64,000 nucleotides of DNA from Patescibacteria group bacterium (GTDB lineage Bacteria; Patescibacteriota; Minisyncoccia; Phycocordibacterales; UBA1550): contig JBBUDU010000003.1 of the NCBI GenBank assembly GCA_038057125.1, positions 15,046 through 79,045 of the forward strand, read 5' to 3'. The notes under the pieces are model-generated. The model saw only the letters and a list, made by a program, of their open reading frames with translations, made no database searches and was not told the origin of the DNA. A program made the position numbers and the translations under genes. Each line of letters opens with the position of its first letter. Positions within the stretch are counted from its first letter, which is position 1. This document shows, in pieces, positions 16,315 through 24,590 of the stretch.

Positions 16315-16356
16315 TTCTGCATAATAAATTCACGACCGTGAACTTATTATGCAGAA
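16315..16356. repeat. 20-bp-stem hairpin (one mismatch), downstream flank of cassette B
   Basis: ttctgcataataaattcacg (16315-16334) / cgtgaacttattatgcagaa (16337-16356). Shares TGCATAATAA.TT.ACG with 15634-15673. Confidence 0.95.
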
Positions 16357-16605
16357 GATGGTACAAATGGCGCTTCAGTGTATACGGAAAACTACGCATC
16401 TAGCAGTGTTTCTATATACAGCCGCGCTCGTGGTACTGTGTGGACAGAAGCTACCAATTAGTTTCTTTTTATGTTTTTGTGATGATTATAGAACTCCAGT
16501 AATATTGATGTCTGTCGCCGTGATGTTTTTTGTTTTCTACTATTCCAAATACGCCACTTGGCGAGTGTTTTGACCTATATGTAGAATATTGTTAAGATTC
16601 TTTAT

Positions 16606-17586
16606 ATGAAGATATATACGGCAGGAGATAGGATGATAAAAATGTTCCCGACTGCAAGGCCACATGAAACTGTGGGTGAGATTGAGCGACAGCTCGTGCG
16701 TGAGGCAAAAAGATTTGAGACTATAAATTATATCTATATAACAAACGAGAAAAATCTTCTTTTAGGAGTAATTTCCTTGAAAGAAATTTTTAGCGCGGAT
16801 AAAAATTTGGCAGTTAGGGATTTAATGGCAACAAAACTCGTGACTGCTCACTTTAGAGCTCATCAGGAAAAAGTTGCAAATCTCGCGTTAAAGCACAATC
16901 TAAAAGCAATACCTGTCACTGACAAGGAAGGTCTACTCCTAGGCATTGTTCCGTCTGATATAATATTAAAGATTCTTCACGAGGAGCACAGTGAAGACCT
17001 TTTGCGTTCTGCGGGTGTCGTGATTTCTAGAGATCCAGCAAAAAGCATCATTTCCGCGCCACCGTTGCTTTATTTTAGAAATCGTATTCCATGGTTAGTT
17101 TTGGGGCTTGGAGGCGGTGTGGTTGTTGCCTCTATCTTGGGCGCATTTGAGGACGCAATGCGAGAAATGCTTACGCTAGTCGCGTTTATTCCGGCAATTG
17201 TTTATATGTCTGATGCCGTTGGTTCTCAAACTCAAACAATTTTTATACGGAGTCTCGCAATTGACCCAGCGATGAAGATTAAAAAATATCTCGCTAGAGA
17301 AATGATTGTAGGAGTTGCAATCGCATTATTTTTGAGTGTTTTGATAGGCACGATATCGTTCATTTGGTGGGAGCCGGAGATACTGGCGTTGATTCTCGGA
17401 TTTTCGTTTTTTACCACAATTATTGTCGCTATTGCGGTCGGCCTCCTTCTTCCATGGATTTTCTTGCGAACTAAAATTGATCCAGCAATAGCGACTGGAC
17501 CGCTCTCAACCGTTATTAGGGATATTCTAGGTATTGTTATTTATTTCACGGTCGCTTCCATAATGATAAAAAGTTTTGCCGCGTAA
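16606..17586 (+). CDS. mgtE: magnesium transporter MgtE family (CBS pair + MgtE membrane domain)
   Basis: CBS-like LLGVISLKEIF and LLGIVPSDIILKIL. C-terminal MgtE TM domain with PAIVYMSDAVGSQT and ATGPLSTVIRDILG. Confidence 0.85.
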   Translation: MKIYTAGDRMIKMFPTARPHETVGEIERQLVREAKRFETINYIYITNEKNLLLGVISLKEIFSADKNLAVRDLMATKLVTAHFRAHQEKVANLALKHNLKAIPVTDKEGLLLGIVPSDIILKILHEEHSEDLLRSAGVVISRDPAKSIISAPPLLYFRNRIPWLVLGLGGGVVVASILGAFEDAMREMLTLVAFIPAIVYMSDAVGSQTQTIFIRSLAIDPAMKIKKYLAREMIVGVAIALFLSVLIGTISFIWWEPEILALILGFSFFTTIIVAIAVGLLLPWIFLRTKIDPAIATGPLSTVIRDILGIVIYFTVASIMIKSFAA

Positions 17587-17612
17587 AAATAATTTTTGCG
17601 AGTTAATGTAAA

Positions 17613-18881
17613 TCAGTAAATTTGCGGATTGCCGCCTGCATTATTTCCTGCAATAAATCCCGTCGTCCAGCAGATTTGTAGACTAAAACCACCAGAGGGA
17701 CGGTCAAAGTCAAGGATGTCGCCAGCGAGGTACAGATTCTCAATTTTCATCGAGCGCATTGTTTTAAAATCTATTTCTGCAAGAGCGACACCGCCTGATG
17801 AGACGATTGCCTTTTCTGCAGCAAGAAGTCCAGTTGGGGTAAGCGTTAAATTCTTCAAGAGCTTTACGGTTGCTAGACGTGATGTACGCGGAAGTTTGTT
17901 TACAAAGATTTCCGGGTCTTCGCCTGCAAGCTCTATGATAATTTTCGCGAGGCGAGGCGGTATGAAACCAGAAAGCGCGTTTATCCATTTTTTATTTTGT
18001 GCCTTTGAAAGGTACGAGAGAAGCTTTTCATCGAGAAGTGTTTGGTCGATGGACGGAAATAAGTCGAGATTTAGAGATACAGGACCTTCGCGCAATGCTT
18101 CGCCAATAGTTTGGCTCATGTTTAGAACGAGCGGTCCAGAAAGTCCGAAATGAGTGAAAAGAATTTTGCCGATTTTTGTATCGCGCTTCACAGAGTTTTC
18201 AATAAGCGTAATACCCACATTCGCGAGTGAAAGTCCTTGCATCTGCTTTACCCACGGCTCTTGTATTTTGACCGGCACCAATGCTACGTCAGGAGTGCGT
18301 ATAGTATGTCCAAGTAAAGCACACCATTTAAAACCGTCGCCCGACGAGCCTGTTTCGGGGCGCGCAGTGCCACCAGTAGTGAACACAAATGTTTTTGCGG
18401 AGATAATGGCGTCCTTAGTCTCCACATTTACAACTACATTTTTTGACGACTTTATTTTGACGACAGGGAAGCCGGCAAGGACTTTTACTCCGGAATTTTT
18501 AATTTCACGCACCAAAACATCCCACACGCTTTGCGCAGTGTTGCTCTGTGGAAATACGCGGTTTTCCGCTTCGGTTTTTGTGAGCATTCCACGCGATTCA
18601 AAAAAGTTAATCGTATCGCTGGCGCTCCATTTTGAAAAAGGCGATAGAAGAAATTTGCCTTTCTTCCCGTATTTTTGCGCAAGAGCGCGATTGTCAAATG
18701 TTGCGTTGGTCACATTGCATCTTCCACCGCCGGTAATAAGAAGCTTTTTTCCGAGTGTCTTGTTTTTCTCCACAAGGATGACCTTTGCGCCACCTTTTGC
18801 GGCGGTAATTGCCGCGAGCATACCGGCAGGTCCGCCACCTATGACCGCGACATCGCAGGCAAGCTCTCTCTTATTTTCCAT
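17613..18881 (-). CDS. HI0933/BaiN-like NAD(P)/FAD-dependent oxidoreductase
   Basis: DVAVIGGGPAGMLAA dinucleotide fold, LITGGGRCNVTN, C-terminal LYLAGDILDFDRPSGGFSLQICWTTG. Confidence 0.85.
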   Translation of the reverse strand: MENKRELACDVAVIGGGPAGMLAAITAAKGGAKVILVEKNKTLGKKLLITGGGRCNVTNATFDNRALAQKYGKKGKFLLSPFSKWSASDTINFFESRGMLTKTEAENRVFPQSNTAQSVWDVLVREIKNSGVKVLAGFPVVKIKSSKNVVVNVETKDAIISAKTFVFTTGGTARPETGSSGDGFKWCALLGHTIRTPDVALVPVKIQEPWVKQMQGLSLANVGITLIENSVKRDTKIGKILFTHFGLSGPLVLNMSQTIGEALREGPVSLNLDLFPSIDQTLLDEKLLSYLSKAQNKKWINALSGFIPPRLAKIIIELAGEDPEIFVNKLPRTSRLATVKLLKNLTLTPTGLLAAEKAIVSSGGVALAEIDFKTMRSMKIENLYLAGDILDFDRPSGGFSLQICWTTGFIAGNNAGGNPQIY

Positions 18882-18944
18882 CCTTGTATTTTACACTATT
18901 TCTCGTATACTACCCATTGAATTGAAAGTTTACAAACTTAATGT

Positions 18945-19364
18945 ATGCCAACTCCAAAACTCCGAGAAGTGAAATATAAAGTGAAAAAGTCAAACTCCGG
19001 ACTCGGTCTTTTTGCGCTGGAACCGATTAAGCGTGGTACATGGATTATCGAATACGTCGGCAAGATACTTCGTGGTAAAGAAATAACACAGCATCCGGCA
19101 AATAAATACCTTTTTGAAACAAGTAATCGGCGTATGATAGATGGAAGTATGCGTTCAAACACTGCAAGGTACATCAACCACTCCTGCAAGCCAAATTGCT
19201 CGATTGAAATTTTTGGTGGACGCGTATTCGTTAAAGCGATTAAACGCATTTTGCCGGAGAGTGAGCTTACATACGACTATGGAAAGGAATATATCGAAGA
19301 ATATATAAAACCATACGGTTGTCGCTGTGCGCCGTGCAAGACTCCGTCCGGGTCGGAATTATGA
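18945..19364 (+). CDS. SET-domain protein (putative lysine methyltransferase)
   Basis: RYINHSCKPNC and ELTYDYG SET signatures plus a post-SET Cys cluster CRCAPC. Confidence 0.85.
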   Translation: MPTPKLREVKYKVKKSNSGLGLFALEPIKRGTWIIEYVGKILRGKEITQHPANKYLFETSNRRMIDGSMRSNTARYINHSCKPNCSIEIFGGRVFVKAIKRILPESELTYDYGKEYIEEYIKPYGCRCAPCKTPSGSEL

Positions 19365-20600
19365 AGTTTTTGTACTCGTTTGCGTTGATACAAATATTGC
19401 CCATGCAATAGCGCACAAAAGTCCGGCAACAATAAGCGGTGATGAAGGAGACAGAGCAGCTGCAACAAAACCAGAAAGTACAGGAGGAATCATCGAGGCG
19501 ACTGCGTTTATACTGCTTGCAATACCCATAATCTCGCCCTGAGCTTCTTTGGGGGCGCTCCTGCTCAAAAGCCCGGAAAGGTTTGACATAGTGAAACCGT
19601 TTGAGATGGAAAAGAACGGCGTGATGAGGAAAAGTTCCCACGGCGCGCCAGTTAGAGTTTGAAGTACCACAAACACGGCTGCACCCAGTATACTTTTTTC
19701 AAGAATAGTGCGCTCATTCCAGCGTCTGGTTGCCCTTCGTATTAGGAACCCCTGCGTTATGGCAATCCAAACTCCTACATACGCAAAATAAATTCCGATT
19801 GACTGACTAGTAAAACCAAAATGGTCAAAAAGAAAGATTCCAGCAAAAGTAGTGTAAAAGGTGAATCCTGCATTGTAAAAAAATGATGTTAGAAAAAGTG
19901 GTCTTAGTGTTGGCATGCGATACGCTCGCATGATATTTTTTATCCCACGAGCCAATTCTAATGGTTTTTTTGTACGCACCAAGTGGGTCTCCTTGAAAAA
20001 TCGTGAGACGAAAATAATGTTGATAATTGCGAGTATTGAAGCAAACCAAAATGGCGTTGATGCACCAAAGTATGGAGATAATGTATGGTCGGAGAGAATT
20101 CCGCCAATAAATGGTCCGACAATAAAGCCTAGCCCAAACGCCGCGCCGATGAGCCCGAAATTTTTCGCGCGCTCAGCTGGCGGGGTAATATCGGCTATAG
20201 TTGCCTGCGCGACGGGGATGATGGCTGTTACGAATCCGTGAATCAAGCGTGTTACAAAAAGAAGCGCTACGCTTTTTATTGCGATACTTGTTCCCATTAA
20301 AATCTGAGCGGCGAGCGTTCCTATGAGGGATATAATAATTATTTTTTTGCGTCCGTGTTGGTCCGAGAGTTCACCAAGTATTGGTGCCGCAAAAAACTGC
20401 CCCAAGAAAAAAAGTCCAACAAGGAGTCCCGTCAGAATGTATCCTGTTTGAACACTCACTCCGCTTGCGAGCATGAAAAATTGCGACGACGGATCAGCAA
20501 AGAGGGAAGGGAGCACTGGAATGATAACCCCAAATCCAAGCAAGTCAAAAAATATGGTGACGAAAATTATAAAAAGCGGAGACTTAAGCTTAGACCGCAT
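19359..20600 (-). CDS. MFS transporter (drug:H+ antiporter-like)
   Basis: About 12 hydrophobic segments and an MFS loop motif LSDQHGRKK. The ATG at 20600 is preferred over the TTG at 20633, which lies inside the cspA terminator. Confidence 0.85.
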   Translation of the reverse strand: MRSKLKSPLFIIFVTIFFDLLGFGVIIPVLPSLFADPSSQFFMLASGVSVQTGYILTGLLVGLFFLGQFFAAPILGELSDQHGRKKIIIISLIGTLAAQILMGTSIAIKSVALLFVTRLIHGFVTAIIPVAQATIADITPPAERAKNFGLIGAAFGLGFIVGPFIGGILSDHTLSPYFGASTPFWFASILAIINIIFVSRFFKETHLVRTKKPLELARGIKNIMRAYRMPTLRPLFLTSFFYNAGFTFYTTFAGIFLFDHFGFTSQSIGIYFAYVGVWIAITQGFLIRRATRRWNERTILEKSILGAAVFVVLQTLTGAPWELFLITPFFSISNGFTMSNLSGLLSRSAPKEAQGEIMGIASSINAVASMIPPVLSGFVAAALSPSSPLIVAGLLCAIAWAIFVSTQTSTKTS

Positions 20601-20632
20601 GAATGGAAGTATAACGCATTTAGTGTAAAACA

Positions 20633-20666
20633 AAACCCCGCCTCTCCATGGAGAGGCGGGGTTTTG
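20633..20666 (-). terminator. intrinsic terminator of cspA
   Basis: aaaaccccgcctctccatggagaggcggggtttt, symmetric with A/T tracts on both sides. Confidence 0.85.
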
Positions 20667-20675
20667 TGAGCAGTG

Positions 20676-20873
20676 CTATACGCGCTCTACGTTTACTGCG
20701 CTCATCCCTTTCGGAGAATCCTCAGTTTCAAAAGTAACTTTATCACCCTCGCGAATGTCGTCAAATGCGACACCTACGAGTGAGTTTGAGTGGAAGAACA
20801 AGTCCTTCTGCATTCCCTCTGCGGTGATAAAACCAAAACCTTTGTCAGTAACCTTTTTTACGATACCTTTCAT
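20676..20873 (-). CDS. cold-shock protein (CspA family)
   Basis: 65 aa. RNP1 KGFGFI and RNP2-like DLFFH motifs. Confidence 0.93.
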   Translation of the reverse strand: MKGIVKKVTDKGFGFITAEGMQKDLFFHSNSLVGVAFDDIREGDKVTFETEDSPKGMSAVNVERV

Positions 20874-20964
20874 AAATTTAATTTATTTAGCTTAACCCGA
20901 TTAATATACAAAAATATAGACAGACCTAGTTTAGTTTACGGCCAAGCTTTTGAGGCGAAGCCGT

Positions 20965-20993
20965 GAATCTACTGTTTCAGAATCATAAGATTC
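20965..20993. promoter_or_regulatory. GAATCTACTGTTTC + GAATCATAAGATTC tandem sites upstream of cspA
   Basis: GAATC-N4-GATTC palindrome at 20980-20993, preceded by a one-mismatch copy at 20965-20978. Lies in the 5' region of the minus-strand csp gene. Confidence 0.5.
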
Positions 20994-21106
20994 TAAAACG
21001 CGACTCTTCCTACAACCCCTACTACTTTTGTAGATACAGCTTAGCATACCTCAATAAAAAAGTCAACCCCAAATTTGGGTTTTGGCAGCCGTGCCGTGTT
21101 TAAAGG

Positions 21107-22003
21107 CTACTTTGCTCTCTGGTCGTAGTATTTAAAAATCGCCTTGATGCCTGCTAGATTTCTTTCCCACTCGACAGTTTCATGAGTTTTGAGCTCCACT
21201 GTAATCGCTGGAACATTGATTGAAGCTAGCCACCCCTCGGCATCACCGGAAATTTCGTACTGGTCAAATGATTTCACAGCTCTGTATCCCGAAGCTTCTG
21301 CGTATGCGTTCATTATGTCTAGTGTCTGGGGGAGAATACCGCGCATACATTCAGATGCATACACAGAATTTGCTTTGCTGTGCCAAAAGATTGCGCCATC
21401 GGGATTATATGCTAATACGAAATCTCGAATAGCCGATGCTTCTGGCTCAGAAAATGCTTTTGATCCAGCACTAACAATTTTATTCTTCCACGTACTTTTT
21501 GGTTTCCATTTGCAGGCAAAATTGCGATTGAGGTCAACTCCACGCGCATTGAAACGCCCAGTGCCCGCAACTTGCTCGATGACTGGCACATCATTTACAT
21601 CAAAGCGGCCTTCTTTTTTAATTACGCGGTAGACCCCGTCCGGATTTGCGGATGGAATCACCGCGATAGTTAAATTTGTGGGAATTATCTCAGGATTCTC
21701 TTTTAAATAATCTATAAATTGATACGCTAAAACGACACTGTTCCATTCATATCCACCATGAATACCCCCGACAAACATTAGATTAGTTGCTCCTTTGCCG
21801 TATATATATGCCTCAATATCACGCCCTTCCACAGATTTGCCGATGACTCTGTGCTCCACTTGAACAGACTTTGGCTCTGTCGGTTTTATCGGTAATAGAG
21901 CGGGCTCTTTTTTATACAGACCGCTGATTGCAAATGTGAAAGCGCCAAGCACCCCAACAACGCCAATTATTATGAGGATTGGTTTCGCAGAACTCACTCT
22001 CAT
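21107..22003 (-). CDS. M14-family zinc carboxypeptidase (secreted/anchored), paralog 1
   Basis: Signal-anchor sequence, GGIHGGYEWNS (HxxE zinc site), DLNRNF, and TVELKTHE near the C-terminus. Confidence 0.8.
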   Translation of the reverse strand: MRVSSAKPILIIIGVVGVLGAFTFAISGLYKKEPALLPIKPTEPKSVQVEHRVIGKSVEGRDIEAYIYGKGATNLMFVGGIHGGYEWNSVVLAYQFIDYLKENPEIIPTNLTIAVIPSANPDGVYRVIKKEGRFDVNDVPVIEQVAGTGRFNARGVDLNRNFACKWKPKSTWKNKIVSAGSKAFSEPEASAIRDFVLAYNPDGAIFWHSKANSVYASECMRGILPQTLDIMNAYAEASGYRAVKSFDQYEISGDAEGWLASINVPAITVELKTHETVEWERNLAGIKAIFKYYDQRAK

Positions 22004-22902
22004 TATTTAGAGTAGTGCTTTAGCATTGCTTTAATACCTGCAAGATTTTTACTCCACTCAGTGTCCTCGTGTGTAGTAAGAAGCACGCTGATTGCTGGGA
22101 CATTTTTCTTTGCAAGCCAATTTACCATATCGCCAGTTATTTTATAGAAATCAAAACTAGCGTATTCTTTGTATTTGGATGCAGTCGCGTAGATGTTTGT
22201 AAGTATTTTTGTTTCAGGCAAAACCCCATTATCGCAACTTGAAGAAAATACTCCAGAAGCGGAACTATACCAAACAACAACGGCTGCTGGGTTGCTGGCC
22301 TCTATATAATTTTTGAACGCCTGACTTTCTGGCTCAGAAAAAACTTTATTTCCGCCACTCACTGTTGTGTCTTTCCAGAGACCTTTTGGTTTCCAGTCGC
22401 AGTCGAAGTTACGGTTGAGGTCTACGTCATTTCCATTAAAGCGACCAGATGTCACTGTCTCTTTTGAGCTTGATACATCTGCTTTTGCAAAGCGACCTTC
22501 CTTGCCGACGACTTTGTTTAGACCATCAGGGTTTAAGACAGGAATGACCGTAACTTTTAGGTTCGCGGGGATAATGGTGGGATTTGCTGATAGGTAATCC
22601 ATGAGTTCGTATGCTAGAAGAGCGGTGTTCCATTCATATCCGCCATGGATACCGCCGACAAACAATAGCTCCTTGGCGCCAGTACCATAGTGATAGGCTG
22701 TAATGGGGCGTTTTTCAACAGATGTCCCTAGAACAGACTTTGTTGTATCGACTGGTTTCTGAGTTCCTGTCTGAACAGAGCTCGTAGCCGTAACGTTATT
22801 TTGTACAACCTGTGCTAACTCAGGTGATTTTTTGGTTAAAAAATAAACACCCAAAACGATAATAACGATACTAACAGCAATGATTATTATTATTTTTTTC
22901 AT
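22003..22902 (-). CDS. M14-family zinc carboxypeptidase (secreted/anchored), paralog 2
   Basis: GGIHGGYEWNT, DLNRNFDC, LAGIKAMLKHY. Collinear with the adjacent paralog. Stop and start share base 22003. Confidence 0.8.
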   Translation of the reverse strand: MKKIIIIIAVSIVIIVLGVYFLTKKSPELAQVVQNNVTATSSVQTGTQKPVDTTKSVLGTSVEKRPITAYHYGTGAKELLFVGGIHGGYEWNTALLAYELMDYLSANPTIIPANLKVTVIPVLNPDGLNKVVGKEGRFAKADVSSSKETVTSGRFNGNDVDLNRNFDCDWKPKGLWKDTTVSGGNKVFSEPESQAFKNYIEASNPAAVVVWYSSASGVFSSSCDNGVLPETKILTNIYATASKYKEYASFDFYKITGDMVNWLAKKNVPAISVLLTTHEDTEWSKNLAGIKAMLKHYSK

Positions 22903-22940
22903 ATGTATATTTTATCACAAATATCTTTGTGTAACAATGC

Positions 22941-22977
22941 AAAGAAAATCGCCCAGCCACTAGAGTGGCTGGGCGAT
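22941..22977 (-). terminator. intrinsic terminator of the 22980-23285 gene
   Basis: atcgcccagccac taga gtggctgggcgat. A U-tract follows on the minus strand. Confidence 0.85.
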
Positions 22978-22979
22978 GG

Positions 22980-23285
22980 CTAACGAATATGTTCCGCAAA
23001 TTTTCTTTCGAGTTTTTCGCGAGTGTCGCTTGGGCTATTTGTATAGATATGTAAATACTGAACTGCCTGTGTTCCGCAAACAATAATCCTCCATCCTCCA
23101 TGAATTGGTTCAAATTTCATCCCGAAACGCCCGCTCTTTGATCGCTTGATAATTCCAAGTGAAATTTTCTTCACTTCCGGAAATGAGTTTAGGAGTTCCG
23201 CAACCCTTCGTGCCGCTTCTGTGACTGTAGTATGCCTGCAGAACTTTCCTCCGCCTATGTGTCCTTTGCGCTTTCCGTTTGCCAT
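22980..23285 (-). CDS. small basic hypothetical protein
   Basis: 101-aa ORF with its own strong intrinsic terminator (22941-22977). I vaguely recall a DUF2103-like pattern (CRHTTVT..VKKISLGII) but cannot verify it. Confidence 0.5.
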   Translation of the reverse strand: MANGKRKGHIGGGKFCRHTTVTEAARRVAELLNSFPEVKKISLGIIKRSKSGRFGMKFEPIHGGWRIIVCGTQAVQYLHIYTNSPSDTREKLERKFAEHIR

Positions 23286-23391
23286 TGTAATCGCCTATTG
23301 TGATTGTCTATTGCGAAGTATCACAAAAAACCACCATTTTGTCAATTGCATTTATGTAGAGAATTTACCGCAGGCGTTGTTTGCCGAATCT

Positions 23392-24174
23392 TTAGAGAGA
23401 TACTGTGATTTCGTTTGAATATACTCCGCATGATCCGCCGAGATATTCGCAAACTCTTGCATAGTATGTTCCAGCGCCATTGAACGCGTCAAGTGTTGCG
23501 CTTGAAGAACCAGTGTCTGATGCGTAGAAGTATTTGTCGTTGTCTCGTGTTGGGTATGTTGGGTTTGGATTCTTTGACCAAACGATTTTAAACCCTTCTT
23601 TTGAATAGCCGACAGGTGACCACTTTACTGTATTCCCAGACTTGACTTCAAGGGCGATAGAAGTAACCGTTCCCGCATTGCTAGTAGTTTCCTTTTTTTT
23701 ATATTCATTTTCACCTTTTTTAATCAAGAAATCTTTTTGGCATTTAAGATTTTTGATTGAGGTTCTCACTTCCGCATTGAGTTCACCAGTTTGATTAAGA
23801 CCGCCGTCCTTTTGGAAGGTTATGAGTGCGGCTTTTGTGATTTTTCCAAAATAACCTGTCGGTTTATGTTTAAAGTAACCTTTTTCTTTTAAGAAATTTT
23901 GAAGACCACCCACATATTCTTTTAGTCCGTCATCTTCTCCGTCACCGATAGACAAGTCAATATCAGCAAGAACGCACTGAACTTTATTTTTTCTAATTTC
24001 TTCAAGTTGATTTTGAAGTTTTGTTATTAAAGCAACAAGTTCTTCTTCCGAATAGCTTGAAACAGAGGTTGTTGTTCCAGAGGTTGTTTCTCGCGTTTCG
24101 CTCATGGCGAAAGCAAACACTGGGGATATCAATAAAGTCGATGCCACAAGATATACAAAAGATTTTTTTATCAT
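23392..24174 (-). CDS. secreted peptidoglycan-binding-domain protein
   Basis: Signal peptide. PG_binding_1-like LQNFLKEKGYFKHKPTGYFGKITKAALITFQKDGGLNQTGELN. C-terminal beta-rich domain. Confidence 0.7.
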   Translation of the reverse strand: MIKKSFVYLVASTLLISPVFAFAMSETRETTSGTTTSVSSYSEEELVALITKLQNQLEEIRKNKVQCVLADIDLSIGDGEDDGLKEYVGGLQNFLKEKGYFKHKPTGYFGKITKAALITFQKDGGLNQTGELNAEVRTSIKNLKCQKDFLIKKGENEYKKKETTSNAGTVTSIALEVKSGNTVKWSPVGYSKEGFKIVWSKNPNPTYPTRDNDKYFYASDTGSSSATLDAFNGAGTYYARVCEYLGGSCGVYSNEITVSL

Positions 24175-24288
24175 TTTTTTATTGAATTATTAATGCTCAC
24201 AATGTTGAAGACGGCTTCAAGGCGCCTTTCTTACATGGATGTTATTATATCACATGATCGCTTAATTGTACCATACAAAGTAAAATCC

Positions 24289-24330
24289 AAAACACCTCCG
24301 CCTGTCAGCTGACAGGCGGAGGTGTTTTTA
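24289..24330 (-). terminator. 36-bp perfect palindrome terminator
   Basis: aacacctccgcctgtcag|ctgacaggcggaggtgtt flanked by A and T runs. Confidence 0.8.
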
Positions 24331-24502
24331 TGAGAAATTCTGAACCTTAGTCAGCGCGAAGGCAAGTTATAAACACATTTACAGTTACTGGAAGGAAAAA
24401 TGTGAGATAGTCAGGATATGGAGTATCGGGACCGACTCCACTAAATCTAGTATTAGAGTTAGCTGATAACCCTAACTGGCTCCGCGGGTAGGCCCAAGGC
24501 AC

Positions 24503-24516
24503 GAATCTGCTGATTC
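24503..24516. promoter_or_regulatory. GAATCTGCTGATTC palindrome, identical to 63293-63306
   Basis: Exact 15-mer GAATCTGCTGATTCG is shared with 63293-63307. Lies in the noncoding region downstream of the amidase gene. Confidence 0.5.
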
Positions 24517-24562
24517 GGGATCGCCTGTTCCAGTCGACCATCCCGCGGGGAACAGAAGTATG

Positions 24563-24590
24563 AAAAAATCCCCACAAGGGGGGTGTTTTC
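24563..24590 (-). terminator. short GC hairpin + U6 on the minus strand (amidase 3' end)
   Basis: Minus strand reads CACCCCCCUUGUGGGGAUUUUUU. Confidence 0.5.

Noticed and set aside
6231-16356. IS200/IS605-type or other transposon interpretation of the hairpin-flanked cassettes.
   Set aside because: The encoded proteins show no HUH/Y1, DDE or serine/tyrosine recombinase motifs, and I see no target-site duplications. Mobility is kept only as an untested alternative within the findings.
16357-16605. M-box (Mg) riboswitch upstream of mgtE, and the 74-aa ORF at 16349-16573.
   Set aside because: I could not recognise M-box conserved segments or a convincing multi-helix fold. The small ORF begins inside the cassette B downstream hairpin and has only weak support, so neither is called.
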